A DNA stretch of 38,293 bases from positions 1 through 38,293 of the IMG/VR virus record IMGVR_UViG_3300048850_000084; one strand, given 5' to 3'. Below the pieces are notes generated by a model. It was given only the letters and a program-made list of their open reading frames with translations, was not told the DNA's origin and did not search any database. This DNA is from a virus. Lineage: Duplodnaviria > Caudoviricetes. Every line of letters begins with the position of its first letter. The first letter of the stretch is position 1. The translations under genes and the position numbers were made by a program. Below are positions 16,599-26,969 of this stretch, piece by piece.

Positions 16599-18660
16599 CC
16601 CAGGTCCCTTCGCCGACGCGGATGCCCTGGTGCTGGACGCCTTCTCGGCGCTGATCCCGCCCGAGCGCCTCGCGCTCTCGGAGTACGCGGCGCGGAACCG
16701 CCTGCTGACGGACGGCATCGGCGAGGAGGCAAAGCCCTTCGACCTGACGCGCGTGCCATATCTCGCGGGTCCATCGGACGCCCTGACTTCGGGCCGCTAC
16801 ACGACGGTGGCGGTTCCGGGCCCCGGCCAGTGTGCGAAGACGACGGTGGCCGAGAACTGGCTGCAGCTGACGGTTGAGACCGACCCGGCCAGCTTCCTCT
16901 GGTACATGCAGACGAAGCCGGGGGTAGAGGCCTACGTCAAGAAGCGGATCGAGCCCATGATTCGGGCTCACCCCCGCATGTTGGAGCGCCTGGGCTCAGA
17001 CCCCGCTGACGACAGCCTGGCGTTCAAGAACTTCGGGGTGATGCAGGCCGAGTTCCTGTCCTTCGGCAAGAACACGCTGATCAACAAGAACGCCCCGCGC
17101 ATCGTCGCCGACGAGGTGGACAATTACGACCTCTCCGAGCTGGGTGAGGCGAAGCCGATGCTGGACGTCCGGCGGCAGGTCTTCGGCGAGGACAGTTGCC
17201 TGTTCCTCCTGTCTCACCCGGACCTAGCCGTCGGCATGTCGCCGGCCGGCTGGAACCGCGGGATCATGCGGGTCTACCGCGATAGCACGCGGGGCACGTG
17301 GTGGTGGCCCTGCCCGCGCTGCGGAGCGCACAGCAGCCCGAACCCGGGAGCCGCGCGCTTCATGGCGCTGGACTACGACGCGGAGGCGCCCTTGGACGAG
17401 GTGCGGGACATGGCCCGCCTCCTCTGCCCCGTCTGCGGCGGGCTGATCGAGGATCACGAGCGGCGGGCGATGAACGCCGAGGGGCGCTGGGTTGGCGTCG
17501 GCGAGGAGATTGAGGTCGAGGGTCGCGTCACGGGGCGGCTCATCGAGCACGACACGGCAGGATTCTGGATCGTCGGCGTCATGAGCCCCTTCGTGCACGG
17601 GGGCATCGGCGGGCTGGCGCGAGAGCGGGTCGCGGCGGAGCGCGAGATGGAGCGCTCCGGTGAGGAAACGACCGCCCGCCAGGTCGTGGTGAAGCAGTGG
17701 GGTTACCCGTTCGTGCCGCCGCGGAAGATCGGCAGCGTCGATGCCGAGGTGCTGGTGGAGCGTGCGGACCCTTCGCTGAAGCTGGGCGAGGTGCCGGAGT
17801 GGGTCCGCTTCATCACGGTCTGGGCTGACGTGCAGGCCAACCGCTTCGAGCCCATGTGGCGCGGATGGGGTGTGGGCGGCGAGAGCGCGGTGCTGAAAGT
17901 GGGGAAGGTGGAGGCGGAAACCGCCACCGACCCCAAGGCCTGGGACACCCTGCTGGCGCTGATGCAACGGCCGCTGCCGCTGGCGGACGGGTCGGGCCGG
18001 CTGATGCGGCCGCGCGGTGTCGGCATGGACATGGGCGGCGCCGCCGGCGTCACCTCCCGCGCCTATGAGGCTTGGCTGCGCTGGCAGCGCGCCGGGAAGG
18101 TGAGGAGACTCGGCCTCATCGGCAGCCGTGACGCGTGGGACGTGATCCTCACGCAGGGGGCGTCCAAGCCGCAGGCCGCGCGCCTGCAGGTGGTCTACCC
18201 CGATGAGGTGCGGCAATCGCGCGCCGCCAGCGCCGTGGCCCGCGGGCAGGTGCCGGTCGCGCGATTCAACGCGAACCTGTTCAAGGACGATCTCTCCGCG
18301 CAGCTGACGCGGGCTGAGCCTGGCCCCTGGTACGTGCACCTGTCGGACGAGTTGAAGGACCGCGGCGGGCCGCCGCACCCGTGGTTTGAGCAGCTGGTGG
18401 CCGAGCAGCGGATGCCGAACGGCAGCTGGCGCAAGGCGACCACCGGCGGCCGGAACGAGGCCGGCGACCAGATGGTTGGCACGCACGTCCTGGCCCGGCT
18501 GCACGGCCTCGGCCGGATCAACTGGGACAAGCCGCCGGCGTGGGCAGCGCCGCACGACACGAACACGCTGGTGGCGCTGCCGCCAGACGAGAAGCCGCCC
18601 GCCGGCCCCGCCGGCATCGTCACCACAACGGCACGCCCAAAGGGCGCGCGCCTCGCCTGA
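16585..18660 (+). CDS. Terminase large subunit (GpA family)
   Basis: Walker A-like GPGQCAKT, Walker B IVADEVD, CPRCG and CPVCG zinc motifs, ADVQ nuclease motif, RNEAGD. Confidence 0.93.
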   Translation: MLTNDPGPFADADALVLDAFSALIPPERLALSEYAARNRLLTDGIGEEAKPFDLTRVPYLAGPSDALTSGRYTTVAVPGPGQCAKTTVAENWLQLTVETDPASFLWYMQTKPGVEAYVKKRIEPMIRAHPRMLERLGSDPADDSLAFKNFGVMQAEFLSFGKNTLINKNAPRIVADEVDNYDLSELGEAKPMLDVRRQVFGEDSCLFLLSHPDLAVGMSPAGWNRGIMRVYRDSTRGTWWWPCPRCGAHSSPNPGAARFMALDYDAEAPLDEVRDMARLLCPVCGGLIEDHERRAMNAEGRWVGVGEEIEVEGRVTGRLIEHDTAGFWIVGVMSPFVHGGIGGLARERVAAEREMERSGEETTARQVVVKQWGYPFVPPRKIGSVDAEVLVERADPSLKLGEVPEWVRFITVWADVQANRFEPMWRGWGVGGESAVLKVGKVEAETATDPKAWDTLLALMQRPLPLADGSGRLMRPRGVGMDMGGAAGVTSRAYEAWLRWQRAGKVRRLGLIGSRDAWDVILTQGASKPQAARLQVVYPDEVRQSRAASAVARGQVPVARFNANLFKDDLSAQLTRAEPGPWYVHLSDELKDRGGPPHPWFEQLVAEQRMPNGSWRKATTGGRNEAGDQMVGTHVLARLHGLGRINWDKPPAWAAPHDTNTLVALPPDEKPPAGPAGIVTTTARPKGARLA

Positions 18661-18673
18661 AGGAGGGTTTGAT

Positions 18674-18946
18674 ATGGCCACCAAGCTGACGCTCCTTCCC
18701 GACGGCAGCGTGCCGCGTGAGACGGTGCTGGCCATGCTGGCCGAGGCGCGCCACGCACTTCACCTGCTATCGATCGGCAAGAGCGTCGCCAGCACACAGT
18801 ATAGCTCCACCGGTGGCGGCATGGGGACCACCTTCACGCAGGCCGACCGGAAGTGGCTGGCTGAGACCTACATTCCTGATCTGGAGCGTCAGGCTGGCGT
18901 GGCCGCGCTCCGCCGGCGCCGAGCTATCGGCGTGAGGTTTGGATGA
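18674..18946 (+). CDS. gpW-like head-tail joining protein
   Basis: Small gene between terminase and portal; C-terminal RRRRAIGVRF. Confidence 0.75.
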   Translation: MATKLTLLPDGSVPRETVLAMLAEARHALHLLSIGKSVASTQYSSTGGGMGTTFTQADRKWLAETYIPDLERQAGVAALRRRRAIGVRFG

Positions 18947-20622
18947 GCGGCTCCAAGCTGATCCATCCGGACGGCCGGCCTGTGTCGCGCGTCGAGGTCG
19001 CGCATGCCCGCATGAAGGGGCTCGCCGGTACCACCCCCTATGACGCGGCGGACCGGCACTCGGCTGAGATGGCCGGGTGGAACCCCTGGCTCGGCGCGCC
19101 CGACCAGGAGTTGGGGCCGTACCGCGATACCATCGTGGCGCGCGTGCGCGACCTGGTCCGCAATGATGGATGGGCGTCCGGCGCGATCACCAACGTGCTG
19201 GACAGCGTGGTGGGCGCGAACCTCCGCCCGAAGCCCAAGCCCGACTTCCGCAGCCTGTCCTGGTACTCCAGCGCCTTCGACGCGACCTGGGCCGCAGAGT
19301 TCGCCATGCAGGCCTCGTCGCTCTACCGGGACTGGGCGGAGGATCCCGCGCGCTGGTGCGACGCGGCGCGTCGTCACACCCTGCCGCAGATCATCCGGCT
19401 GGGCTTCCGCCACAAGCTGGTGGACGGCGATGCGGTGGCGGTGATGCGCTGGCTTCCGGGCCGCCGCGGCTACGGCAAGGCGAGCTACGCGACGGCGGTC
19501 AAGCTCATGGACCCCGACCGCCTCTGCAACCCGAACGAGGCGATGGACACGCCCACCCTCAAGGGCGGGATCGAGCTGGACGAGGAGGAGGCAGCCATCG
19601 CCTACCACTTCCGCAGCGCGCATCCTGGCGACTGGTCCGCTGGCGCAAGGCCCTGGGTCTGGGACCGCCTCCCGCGCGAGAGCGACACCGGCCGGCCGAT
19701 GGTGATCCACGACTTCGACGCGGATCGGACCGGGCAGACCCGCGGCGGCGCCGGTATCCTGGCGCCGGTCCTGTCCCGCCTTCGCATGCTGGCGAAATAC
19801 GACAGCGCGGAGCTGCAGGCGGCCCTGATCAACGCCATCTTCGCGGCCTTCATCGAGAGCCCGAACGACCCGGCGCTGGTGCAGGACGCGCTCGGCACCG
19901 AGGATCTGCCCGCCTATCAGGCCATGCGGGCCGACTTCCACAACGACAAGCGCCTGCGGCTCGGGGACGCACGGATCGCGACCCTCTTCCCGGGCGAGAA
20001 GCTGACCTTCGCCAACGCGGCGCGGCCGAGCACGGCCTTCCCGCAGTTCGAGGCCGCCATGCTTCGGAACGCTGCGTCCGCGATCGGAGCCTCGGCACCC
20101 GAGATCTCGCAGGCCTGGGGCGACGTGAACTACAGCTCCGCCCGCGCGGCCGCGCTGAACGCCTGGCGGACCGTGACGCGGCGCCGCGCCGATTACGCGA
20201 TGGGCTTCTGCACGCCGATCTGGTCGTGCTTCCTCGAGGAGGCCATGGACCGTGGCCTCCTTCCCCTGCCTGCCGGGGCGCCCGACTTCGTGGAGGAGCG
20301 TGCCGCCTATGCGCGCTGCGCCTGGTACGGCCCTGGCCGCGGCTGGATCGATCCCGTGAAGGAGAAGCAGGGCGCGGTGCTCGGGATCCAGAACTATCTC
20401 AGCACCTATGAGCAGGAGGTCGCGGAGAACGGCGGCGGTGACTGGGAGGAGACCATGGCCCAGCGCGCCGTCGAGGAGGCGACCCGCAAGCGCCTCGGCC
20501 TGCCGGACCCGCTCGGCGCCCGCGCGTCGAAGATCATGAAGGGCGGCGAGGGCAGCAAGGCGGAGGACGCGGCAGAGGACGCAGCGGCCGATGGCTTCGG
20601 GGCAGAGGAGCCGATCGAATGA
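18943..20622 (+). CDS. Portal protein (lambda family)
   Basis: RVRDLVRNDGWASGA, GQTRG, VNYSSARAA, GWIDPVKE. Confidence 0.95.
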   Translation: MSGSKLIHPDGRPVSRVEVAHARMKGLAGTTPYDAADRHSAEMAGWNPWLGAPDQELGPYRDTIVARVRDLVRNDGWASGAITNVLDSVVGANLRPKPKPDFRSLSWYSSAFDATWAAEFAMQASSLYRDWAEDPARWCDAARRHTLPQIIRLGFRHKLVDGDAVAVMRWLPGRRGYGKASYATAVKLMDPDRLCNPNEAMDTPTLKGGIELDEEEAAIAYHFRSAHPGDWSAGARPWVWDRLPRESDTGRPMVIHDFDADRTGQTRGGAGILAPVLSRLRMLAKYDSAELQAALINAIFAAFIESPNDPALVQDALGTEDLPAYQAMRADFHNDKRLRLGDARIATLFPGEKLTFANAARPSTAFPQFEAAMLRNAASAIGASAPEISQAWGDVNYSSARAAALNAWRTVTRRRADYAMGFCTPIWSCFLEEAMDRGLLPLPAGAPDFVEERAAYARCAWYGPGRGWIDPVKEKQGAVLGIQNYLSTYEQEVAENGGGDWEETMAQRAVEEATRKRLGLPDPLGARASKIMKGGEGSKAEDAAEDAAADGFGAEEPIE

Positions 20623-20885
20623 GCCAGCTCGCACGTCGTGGCCTGTTTGGTCTTCTCGCTCTCCTGCCCGCCTTGGCGCGCGCAACACCCGCACCGCTGC
20701 GCGAGGTCTCGATGACCATCAGGCTGGAGGGCGCAGACGCCTTCGAGGCAGCGATGCTGCGGAGCGTGGCGTCCGCCACCGGCTCCTCCTACCTTGACGT
20801 CTACCGGGATTGGGTGGCGACGAGCTACGCCACGGCGTTCGACGTGCCGCCCCCAGGTTGGGACACGCTGGAGAACGTTCGGTGA
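20619..20885 (+). CDS. Hypothetical protein with twin-arginine-like N-terminus
   Basis: MSQLARRGLFGLLALLPALARA; ATGA/GTGA coupled. Confidence 0.6.
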   Translation: MSQLARRGLFGLLALLPALARATPAPLREVSMTIRLEGADAFEAAMLRSVASATGSSYLDVYRDWVATSYATAFDVPPPGWDTLENVR

Positions 20886-21787
20886 CCGGCCCCGACCTGT
20901 TCCCCAGCCTAGCCCAGCGCATTTTCAACACCCCTTTGGCGCTTCACCCGCGCAAGGCGGAGATCGCGCTGGCGGCGCTCGCCGAGCGGATGGGCGTGGC
21001 GCGCGTGGTGCGCGCCGATGGCGCCGAGATGGGCGCCTTCGAGGATGACGACGGCCTGGGCTTCGATGAGGAGGCCCGGCCGCGCCGCGTCGGCTACGAC
21101 ATGGTCGAGGGCGTGGCGGTGATCCAGGTCGAGGGCATGCTGGTCCAGAAGACCGGCACCCTGCGGCCCTACTCCGGTATGACGGGATACGACGGGCTGC
21201 GGGAGAACTACCTGACCGCGCTGGAGGATCCGAGCGTCGAGGCCATCGTGTTCGATCAGAACAGCGGTGGCGGTGAGGTCGCGGGCTGCTTCGACTTCGT
21301 GGACCTGATCCACGCGAACAAGGGCCACAAGCCGACCTGGGCCATCTGCGCGGAGTGCGCCTATTCGGCGGCCTACGCCATCGCCAGCGCCTGCGACTAC
21401 ATCACCGTGCCCCGCACCGGCGGGGTGGGCAGCGTCGGCATCGTGACGATGCTGGTGGACTATTCCCGCGCCATCCGCGCGGACGGGCTGGAGGTGCACT
21501 TCATCCGCTCCGGCGAGAAGAAGATGCTGGAGACGGTGCAGTCCTATCGCGGCGTGAAGCGCGACCTGCTGGAGCGCCTGCAGCGCGACGTGGACAGCAT
21601 GGCCACCCTCTTCCACGAGACGGTGGCCCGCAACCGCGGCCTCTCCGTCGCGGCCGTTCGCGCCCAGCAGGGCGATTACTACCTCGGCGCCCAGGGCGTG
21701 AGCCTCGGTCTCGCCGACGCCGTCATGTCGCCGGACGAGGCGATGACGGCCCTCTTTGCGCAGCTGGACGCGCGCCAGCCCGCGTAA
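20882..21787 (+). CDS. S49-family head maturation protease
   Basis: NSGGGEVAG, AYSAAYAIAS, GGVGSVG, GLADAV. Confidence 0.92.
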   Translation: MTGPDLFPSLAQRIFNTPLALHPRKAEIALAALAERMGVARVVRADGAEMGAFEDDDGLGFDEEARPRRVGYDMVEGVAVIQVEGMLVQKTGTLRPYSGMTGYDGLRENYLTALEDPSVEAIVFDQNSGGGEVAGCFDFVDLIHANKGHKPTWAICAECAYSAAYAIASACDYITVPRTGGVGSVGIVTMLVDYSRAIRADGLEVHFIRSGEKKMLETVQSYRGVKRDLLERLQRDVDSMATLFHETVARNRGLSVAAVRAQQGDYYLGAQGVSLGLADAVMSPDEAMTALFAQLDARQPA

Positions 21788-21831
21788 CCCGGCGGCGCAT
21801 CCCGCGCCCGCCATTCCGGAAGGAACCGACG

Positions 21832-22449
21832 ATGTCGAACCGCTCGCTGGCGGGCCGGGTGAGCGCGTTTGCGCACCTGGTCGGCGCCCGCCGTACCAAG
21901 GCCGTGGAGGACGAGGCGCCGCCCGCCGACACCACGACCACCGAGGGCGCTCCCGCCACCACCGAGGAGGTGGAGGAGGTCCAGGAAGAGGTGGACGAAA
22001 CGAAGGACAAGGTGAACGAGCTGGAAGAGCGCATCGAGGCGCTCGAAGGCACCGAGACCACCGAGGACACGGACGTCGAGCCGGAGGAGCCCGCCGCTAA
22101 GAAGGCCTGGCAGGCCGGCCGTCGCGCTGGCGCCAAGGCCGAGCGCGCCCGCGGCGCCGCGATCTTCGGCGCCCAGGAGGCCGCATCTAATCCGGCGCTC
22201 GCCGCCAGCCTCGCCTTCGAGAGCGACGTGCCCGTGAAGCAGGCCGTGGCGCTGCTGCGTGCTGGTGCCGCTGGGGCTGGCGCACCGCGCAAGGGCGGGC
22301 TGGACCAGCGCATGCAGCGCCAGCCGCAGCCGCCGCTCACCGGCGGGGCTCAGGGCGGCGGCGCCGCGCCGGAGGGCAGCGCCCAGGCGATCATCGACCG
22401 CATCACCGCCGCCGGCCGCGCCGTCGGCGTCGTCCCCGCGAAGCGCTGA
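21832..22449 (+). CDS. Scaffold-like protein (Nu3 position)
   Basis: Acidic coiled coil; AERARGAAIF; AAGGA RBS. Confidence 0.7.
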   Translation: MSNRSLAGRVSAFAHLVGARRTKAVEDEAPPADTTTTEGAPATTEEVEEVQEEVDETKDKVNELEERIEALEGTETTEDTDVEPEEPAAKKAWQAGRRAGAKAERARGAAIFGAQEAASNPALAASLAFESDVPVKQAVALLRAGAAGAGAPRKGGLDQRMQRQPQPPLTGGAQGGGAAPEGSAQAIIDRITAAGRAVGVVPAKR

Positions 22450-22461
22450 AAGGAGCCCACC

Positions 22462-22848
22462 ATGGCCGCCAACCCTCCGCAGGTCCCGGGCTTCCGCTCG
22501 GAGACCTACAACCCGGACCGGCTCATCGCCGGCTCGGCTGATCTCATCACCGAGACCGCCGTCATTGCGGCTGGTGCCAACCTGGAGCGCGGCACGCTGC
22601 TCGGCGTGATCACCGCCAGCGGCAAGTTCACCCAGTCGCTCACCGCCTCCAATGACGGCAGCCAGACCCCGGTCGCCATCCTGGTGGACTATGCCCCCGC
22701 CGCCTCGGCCGACGTGACCGCCGGCATCTACGTCGCAGGCGAGTTCAACGAGAACGCCATCATCTACGGCACCGGCCACTCGGCCGCGTCCGTGAAGGCG
22801 GGGCTGCGCGCGCGCGGCATCTACCTGAAGACCCCCATCCCGGCCTGA
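22462..22848 (+). CDS. Head decoration protein (lambda D-like)
   Basis: RGTLLG...DGSQTPVAIL...YVAGEFNENA. Confidence 0.9.
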   Translation: MAANPPQVPGFRSETYNPDRLIAGSADLITETAVIAAGANLERGTLLGVITASGKFTQSLTASNDGSQTPVAILVDYAPAASADVTAGIYVAGEFNENAIIYGTGHSAASVKAGLRARGIYLKTPIPA

Positions 22849-22875
22849 CCGGCAGCCTGAAGGAGAGCACCGGCC

Positions 22876-23901
22876 ATGCCCGGCATCTATGATCCCGTTG
22901 TGCTGGTGGGGGTGGTTCGCTCCCTCATGCGGCCGAAGAGCTTCCTGCTCGACACTTTCTTCCCGAACGTCATCACGGCCACCACCGAGGAGGTCGCGAT
23001 CGACATCGAGAAGGGGAACCGGCGTCTTGCACCGTTTTGCTCCCCGCTGGTCGAGGGGAAGCTGGTCGAGGGCGTGGGCTACACCACGAACCTCTTCAAG
23101 CCCGCCTACATCAAGGACAAGCGGGCGCCCGACCTGCTGAAGCCGGTGCGGCGCGCGATCGGCGAGGCCATCGGCGCCGGCGAACTGACCGGCGCCCAGC
23201 GCGAGGAAGCGAATCTCGCGCTGGAGATGGCGGACCAGATCGACATGATCGTCCGCCGCATGGAGTGGATGGCCGCCAGTGCGCTGCGCGCCGGCACCGT
23301 CACCATCACTGGCGAGGGCTTCCCGACGACGGTGGTGAATTTCCAGCGCGACGCCGCGTTGACCATCGCGCTGACCGGTGACGCGCGCTGGGGCCAGACC
23401 GGCGTCATCCCGGGCGACACGATCGAGGATGCGGTCACGCTGGTCATGCAGAAGTCGGGCGCGGCGGTGACCGACGTCGTCTTCACCCCCGGCGCCTGGC
23501 GCAAGTTCCGCACTGATCCCTTCGTCAAGGACGCCATCCAGTCGCCGAACAACACGGACGTCTCGATTGCGCTGGGCGGCGGCGTGGCGCAGGGCGGCAT
23601 GTTCAAGGGCACCTGGGGCAGCTACCGCCTCTGGCTCTTCAACGACTGGTACACCGACCCCGTGGACGGGCAGCTGAAGCCTTTCCTGCCGGACGGCACG
23701 GTGATCCTGGGCTCGGCCGCGATCGAAGGCCGCCGCATGCACGGCCTGATCAAGGACCCGAAGTTCAACTACCAGCCCATGGAGTTCGCGCCGAAGTCCT
23801 GGCTGACCGAGGACCCCGCCCAGCGACTGCTGATGATGCAGTCCGCTCCCATCGTCGTGCCGTTCCGGCCCGACGCTTCCGCCTCGATGATGGTGATCTG
23901 A
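22876..23901 (+). CDS. Major capsid protein (lambda E family)
   Basis: FLLDTFFP, LAPFCSP, FKPAYIKDK, RRMEWMAA, MQSAPIVVP. Confidence 0.93.
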   Translation: MPGIYDPVVLVGVVRSLMRPKSFLLDTFFPNVITATTEEVAIDIEKGNRRLAPFCSPLVEGKLVEGVGYTTNLFKPAYIKDKRAPDLLKPVRRAIGEAIGAGELTGAQREEANLALEMADQIDMIVRRMEWMAASALRAGTVTITGEGFPTTVVNFQRDAALTIALTGDARWGQTGVIPGDTIEDAVTLVMQKSGAAVTDVVFTPGAWRKFRTDPFVKDAIQSPNNTDVSIALGGGVAQGGMFKGTWGSYRLWLFNDWYTDPVDGQLKPFLPDGTVILGSAAIEGRRMHGLIKDPKFNYQPMEFAPKSWLTEDPAQRLLMMQSAPIVVPFRPDASASMMVI

Positions 23902-23902
23902 C

Positions 23903-24364
23903 ATGGCCCAGACCCCACGCAGCCAGAGCGCGACCGGTGACGCCCCCCGTTCAACGGTCGCGGCGCCGGCCACCCCTGCCAGCGCCCCCGCCGCTGCCCC
24001 TGCCGCCGCGTCGGCCACTGCCGCCTCCGCCCCGGCCGCGACCGTCCCGAGTGGCGCCACGGTGAAGGTCGAGACGCCGCCCGCTGCGGCGCAGCCCGGC
24101 CCGACCAGGCGCGTCGTCGCCGTCGGCTCCTTCCTGGGCGGTACGCCCACGGAGCCGGAGACGATCGCACCGGGTGCGGAATGCGACCTGCCGGAGAAGG
24201 AGGCCCGCCGGCTGGTGGACCTCGGCCTGGCACGCTGGCCGGGCGAGGCCGCGAGCGCCGTCAGCCCCTATGACGAGGCGATCAAGGACACCACGGCCAA
24301 GATCGGCGAGGGCAAGGCCGACGAGGCCGAGCAGCGCGTCGAGAACCACGGCCGGGAAGACTGA
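23903..24364 (+). CDS. Ala/Pro-rich virion-associated protein
   Basis: Low-complexity N-terminus, then PGAECDLPEKEARRLVDLG. Confidence 0.65.
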   Translation: MAQTPRSQSATGDAPRSTVAAPATPASAPAAAPAAASATAASAPAATVPSGATVKVETPPAAAQPGPTRRVVAVGSFLGGTPTEPETIAPGAECDLPEKEARRLVDLGLARWPGEAASAVSPYDEAIKDTTAKIGEGKADEAEQRVENHGRED

Positions 24365-24369
24365 CGGCC

Positions 24370-24702
24370 GTGTCCCTGAACCCCGGCTTGCTGGCGCTTG
24401 AGGCCAATCTCGAGACGTTCGGCAAGCCGGTCACCTACACCTCCCCGGATCAGATGGTGGAACTGACGGATCTGACCGGGCTCATGCTCAAGGTGCCGGT
24501 CCCGGTGGGACCGGACGCCGAGGACACGGGCGGGATCGTCCAGACGCGCGACGTCCTGCGCCTCCTCGCCTCTGACTTCCCGGACGGCGTCGAGCCCGAG
24601 CAGGGCGCCCTGGTCACGGTCGACGGCGAGCCGTCCCGCGTGTTGGACGTCCAGAGCGACGCGAACGGGTGGCACGACATGCCCTTGGGCGCTGCTGCAT
24701 GA
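24370..24702 (+). CDS. Head-tail joining protein (FII-like)
   Basis: FGKPVTY...PEQGALVTVDG...VLDVQSDANGW; synteny. Confidence 0.7.
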   Translation: MSLNPGLLALEANLETFGKPVTYTSPDQMVELTDLTGLMLKVPVPVGPDAEDTGGIVQTRDVLRLLASDFPDGVEPEQGALVTVDGEPSRVLDVQSDANGWHDMPLGAAA

Positions 24703-25241
24703 GCGGTTCCGTCCCTTCCGGCCCCGGCTGGCGCGCCGATGTCCGCAATACCGTCGCCGAGATCCTCCGCCTGTCCATCCCTGATCTGGGCGGACGGGTC
24801 TTCCGCGCGCGGGTCTTGCCGGTGGGGGGCGACGCCAAGCCGGCCCTCCTGATCTACGGCTATGCCGAGAAGAAGGAGCTGCTGAACGAGGGCGGCTGGC
24901 AGCACCAGTTCCGCGTCACCTCCGCCATGGTCATCAAGGTGCTGACGGAGAACGCCGACGCCGAGGCCGCCGAGGCTCAGTGCGAGGACCTCGCGGGCCA
25001 GGTTGAGCGGGCCATTCTGCGCTCGGCGAAGCTCTTCAGTCCTGAGGACGGCAAGCTGGAGCGCTGCGCCGCCGTGACGACGCAGATCACGGCCGAGCAG
25101 AAGGACAGGTTCGCTGAGGCCGAGGCCACCATCGAGTTCCAACTGGTCTGGGCTGAGGTCTTCACCATGGCAGAGCCCGACACCTCCGAATGTGACGAGG
25201 TCACCATCGGCCTCTCTGATCCTTCCATCCCGAACCCGTAG
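24699..25241 (+). CDS. Tail terminator-like protein
   Basis: GGRVFRARVLP...PALLIY; synteny. Confidence 0.65.
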   Translation: MSGSVPSGPGWRADVRNTVAEILRLSIPDLGGRVFRARVLPVGGDAKPALLIYGYAEKKELLNEGGWQHQFRVTSAMVIKVLTENADAEAAEAQCEDLAGQVERAILRSAKLFSPEDGKLERCAAVTTQITAEQKDRFAEAEATIEFQLVWAEVFTMAEPDTSECDEVTIGLSDPSIPNP

Positions 25242-25250
25242 GAGCCCGCC

Positions 25251-25469
25251 ATGTACGTGAAGCCCGCCAAGGGCCTGCAGGTGCCGGACCCGGAACTGCG
25301 CGACTACCTCCCGAAGGAGGGCCGCGAGGTCTCCCCGTCCGAGTACTGGACCCGCCGGCTGCTCGACGGGGACGTGAAGGAGACCGAGGCGCCGCGGGAG
25401 CCCAAAGCCAAGCCCGAGGCCGCCGCCCCACAGCGCGCTGCCGACGCGCCCGTTCTGCCGAAGGAGTAG
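25251..25469 (+). CDS. DUF2635 (Mu gp38-like) protein
   Basis: MYVKPAKGLQVPDP...LPKEGREV...YWTRRLLDGDV. Confidence 0.88.
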   Translation: MYVKPAKGLQVPDPELRDYLPKEGREVSPSEYWTRRLLDGDVKETEAPREPKAKPEAAAPQRAADAPVLPKE

Positions 25470-25475
25470 CCGTCC

Positions 25476-26957
25476 GTGGTCTCGTTCAACGAAATTCCCG
25501 CCGGCGGCGCACTCCGCGTTCCGCTGTTCTTCGCCGAGCTTGACGCCACCGGCGCCAACCGCGGCGGCCGCCTCCCGAAGACGCTGATCATCGCCCAGCA
25601 GCTCAGCACCGGCACCCTCACTCCCGGCGTGCCCGTGCTGAGTGAGGGCGTTGCCTGGGCGAAGCAGACGGCAGGCCAGGGGTCCATGGCGGCGCTCATG
25701 CTGGAGAAGTACCGCGCCCGCGACGACTTCGGGCCGGTCTATCTGCTTCCCCTGGCGGACGACGCTGCCGCCACGGCGGCCGCCGGGACGCTCACGGTCA
25801 CGGCCGCGCCGACCGCCGCCGGCACCTTCGTGCGCAAGATCGCCGGGCAGCGCGTGGCGGTGCCGGTCTCGGCCGCCCAGACGCCAGCGCAGATCGCGAC
25901 GGCACTCGCCACCGCCATCAACGCTCTGCCGGATCTGCCGGTGACGGCCTTGGCCGCCACCAACGCGGTGACCATCACGGCGAAGAACAAGGGGCTGGCC
26001 GGGAACGAGATCACGGTCACGAGTACCGATGACGCTCAGCCGCCCGGGCTGGCGGTCACCGTCGCGCAGCCCACCGGCGGCGCCGGGAACCCTGTGACGG
26101 GCCTGACCAATGCGCTGGCGGTGCTCGGCGACAACGACTTCGACTTCATCGCCCTACCTTTCACGGACACGTCCAGCCTGGACGCCGTGAAGGCGCACCT
26201 GGCGACCCGCTGGGCCTGGTCGAAGATGCTCTATGGGGGCGCCTTCGCCTGCGTGCGCGGCACCCTCGGCGGGGTCACCACCATCGGCGCCGCGCGGAAC
26301 GACCCGCATGTCTGCCTGATGGGCGTCGACAGCGCGCCTGAGCCGGGGTGGATCTGGGCGGCCGCTATCACCGCCGCCGCGGCGGTCAGCCTCCGGGCGG
26401 ATCCTGGACTGCCGCTGCAGACGGTGGCGCTCAACGTCCAGCCGCCGCCGCTGGAGAAGCGCTGGGGCCTGGGCGATCGCAACGCCCTGCTGTTCTCAGG
26501 CATCGGTACCTTCACGGTGGGCGACGACGGGCAGGTCCGCATCGAGCGCCTGATCACCACCTTCCAGAAGAACGCCTTCAACCAGCCGGATGACAGCCTG
26601 CTGGACGTGGAGCGGCTCTACCTCACTGCCGCCATCCTGCGGCGCCTCCGCACCTTCGTGGAGAGCACCTATCCGCGGATGAAGCTGGCGGACGATGGGA
26701 CGACCTTCCGCCCCGGCAACCGCATCGTCACGCCCGGCATGATCCGGCGGGCTATTGCTGCGCAATACCGGAGCATGGAGCGGGACGGGCTGGTGCAGAA
26801 CAGCGACGCTTTCGCCCAGGCCCTGATAGTCGAACGTGACAGCCAGAATCGGTGCCGAGTGAACGGGGTGCTGCCGATCGTGCCGATCGACCAGCTGCGC
26901 CAGGTGGCCATCCAGGCCCAGCTCCGGGACGCCGTCGGCGTCGCCGGGACGCTCTAA
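25476..26957 (+). CDS. Tail sheath protein (Mu gpL-like)
   Basis: VSFNEIP, RVPLFFAE, AKNKGLAGN, IERLITTFQKN, IVTP. Confidence 0.93.
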   Translation: MVSFNEIPAGGALRVPLFFAELDATGANRGGRLPKTLIIAQQLSTGTLTPGVPVLSEGVAWAKQTAGQGSMAALMLEKYRARDDFGPVYLLPLADDAAATAAAGTLTVTAAPTAAGTFVRKIAGQRVAVPVSAAQTPAQIATALATAINALPDLPVTALAATNAVTITAKNKGLAGNEITVTSTDDAQPPGLAVTVAQPTGGAGNPVTGLTNALAVLGDNDFDFIALPFTDTSSLDAVKAHLATRWAWSKMLYGGAFACVRGTLGGVTTIGAARNDPHVCLMGVDSAPEPGWIWAAAITAAAAVSLRADPGLPLQTVALNVQPPPLEKRWGLGDRNALLFSGIGTFTVGDDGQVRIERLITTFQKNAFNQPDDSLLDVERLYLTAAILRRLRTFVESTYPRMKLADDGTTFRPGNRIVTPGMIRRAIAAQYRSMERDGLVQNSDAFAQALIVERDSQNRCRVNGVLPIVPIDQLRQVAIQAQLRDAVGVAGTL

Positions 26958-26969
26958 GGAGGAGCGACG

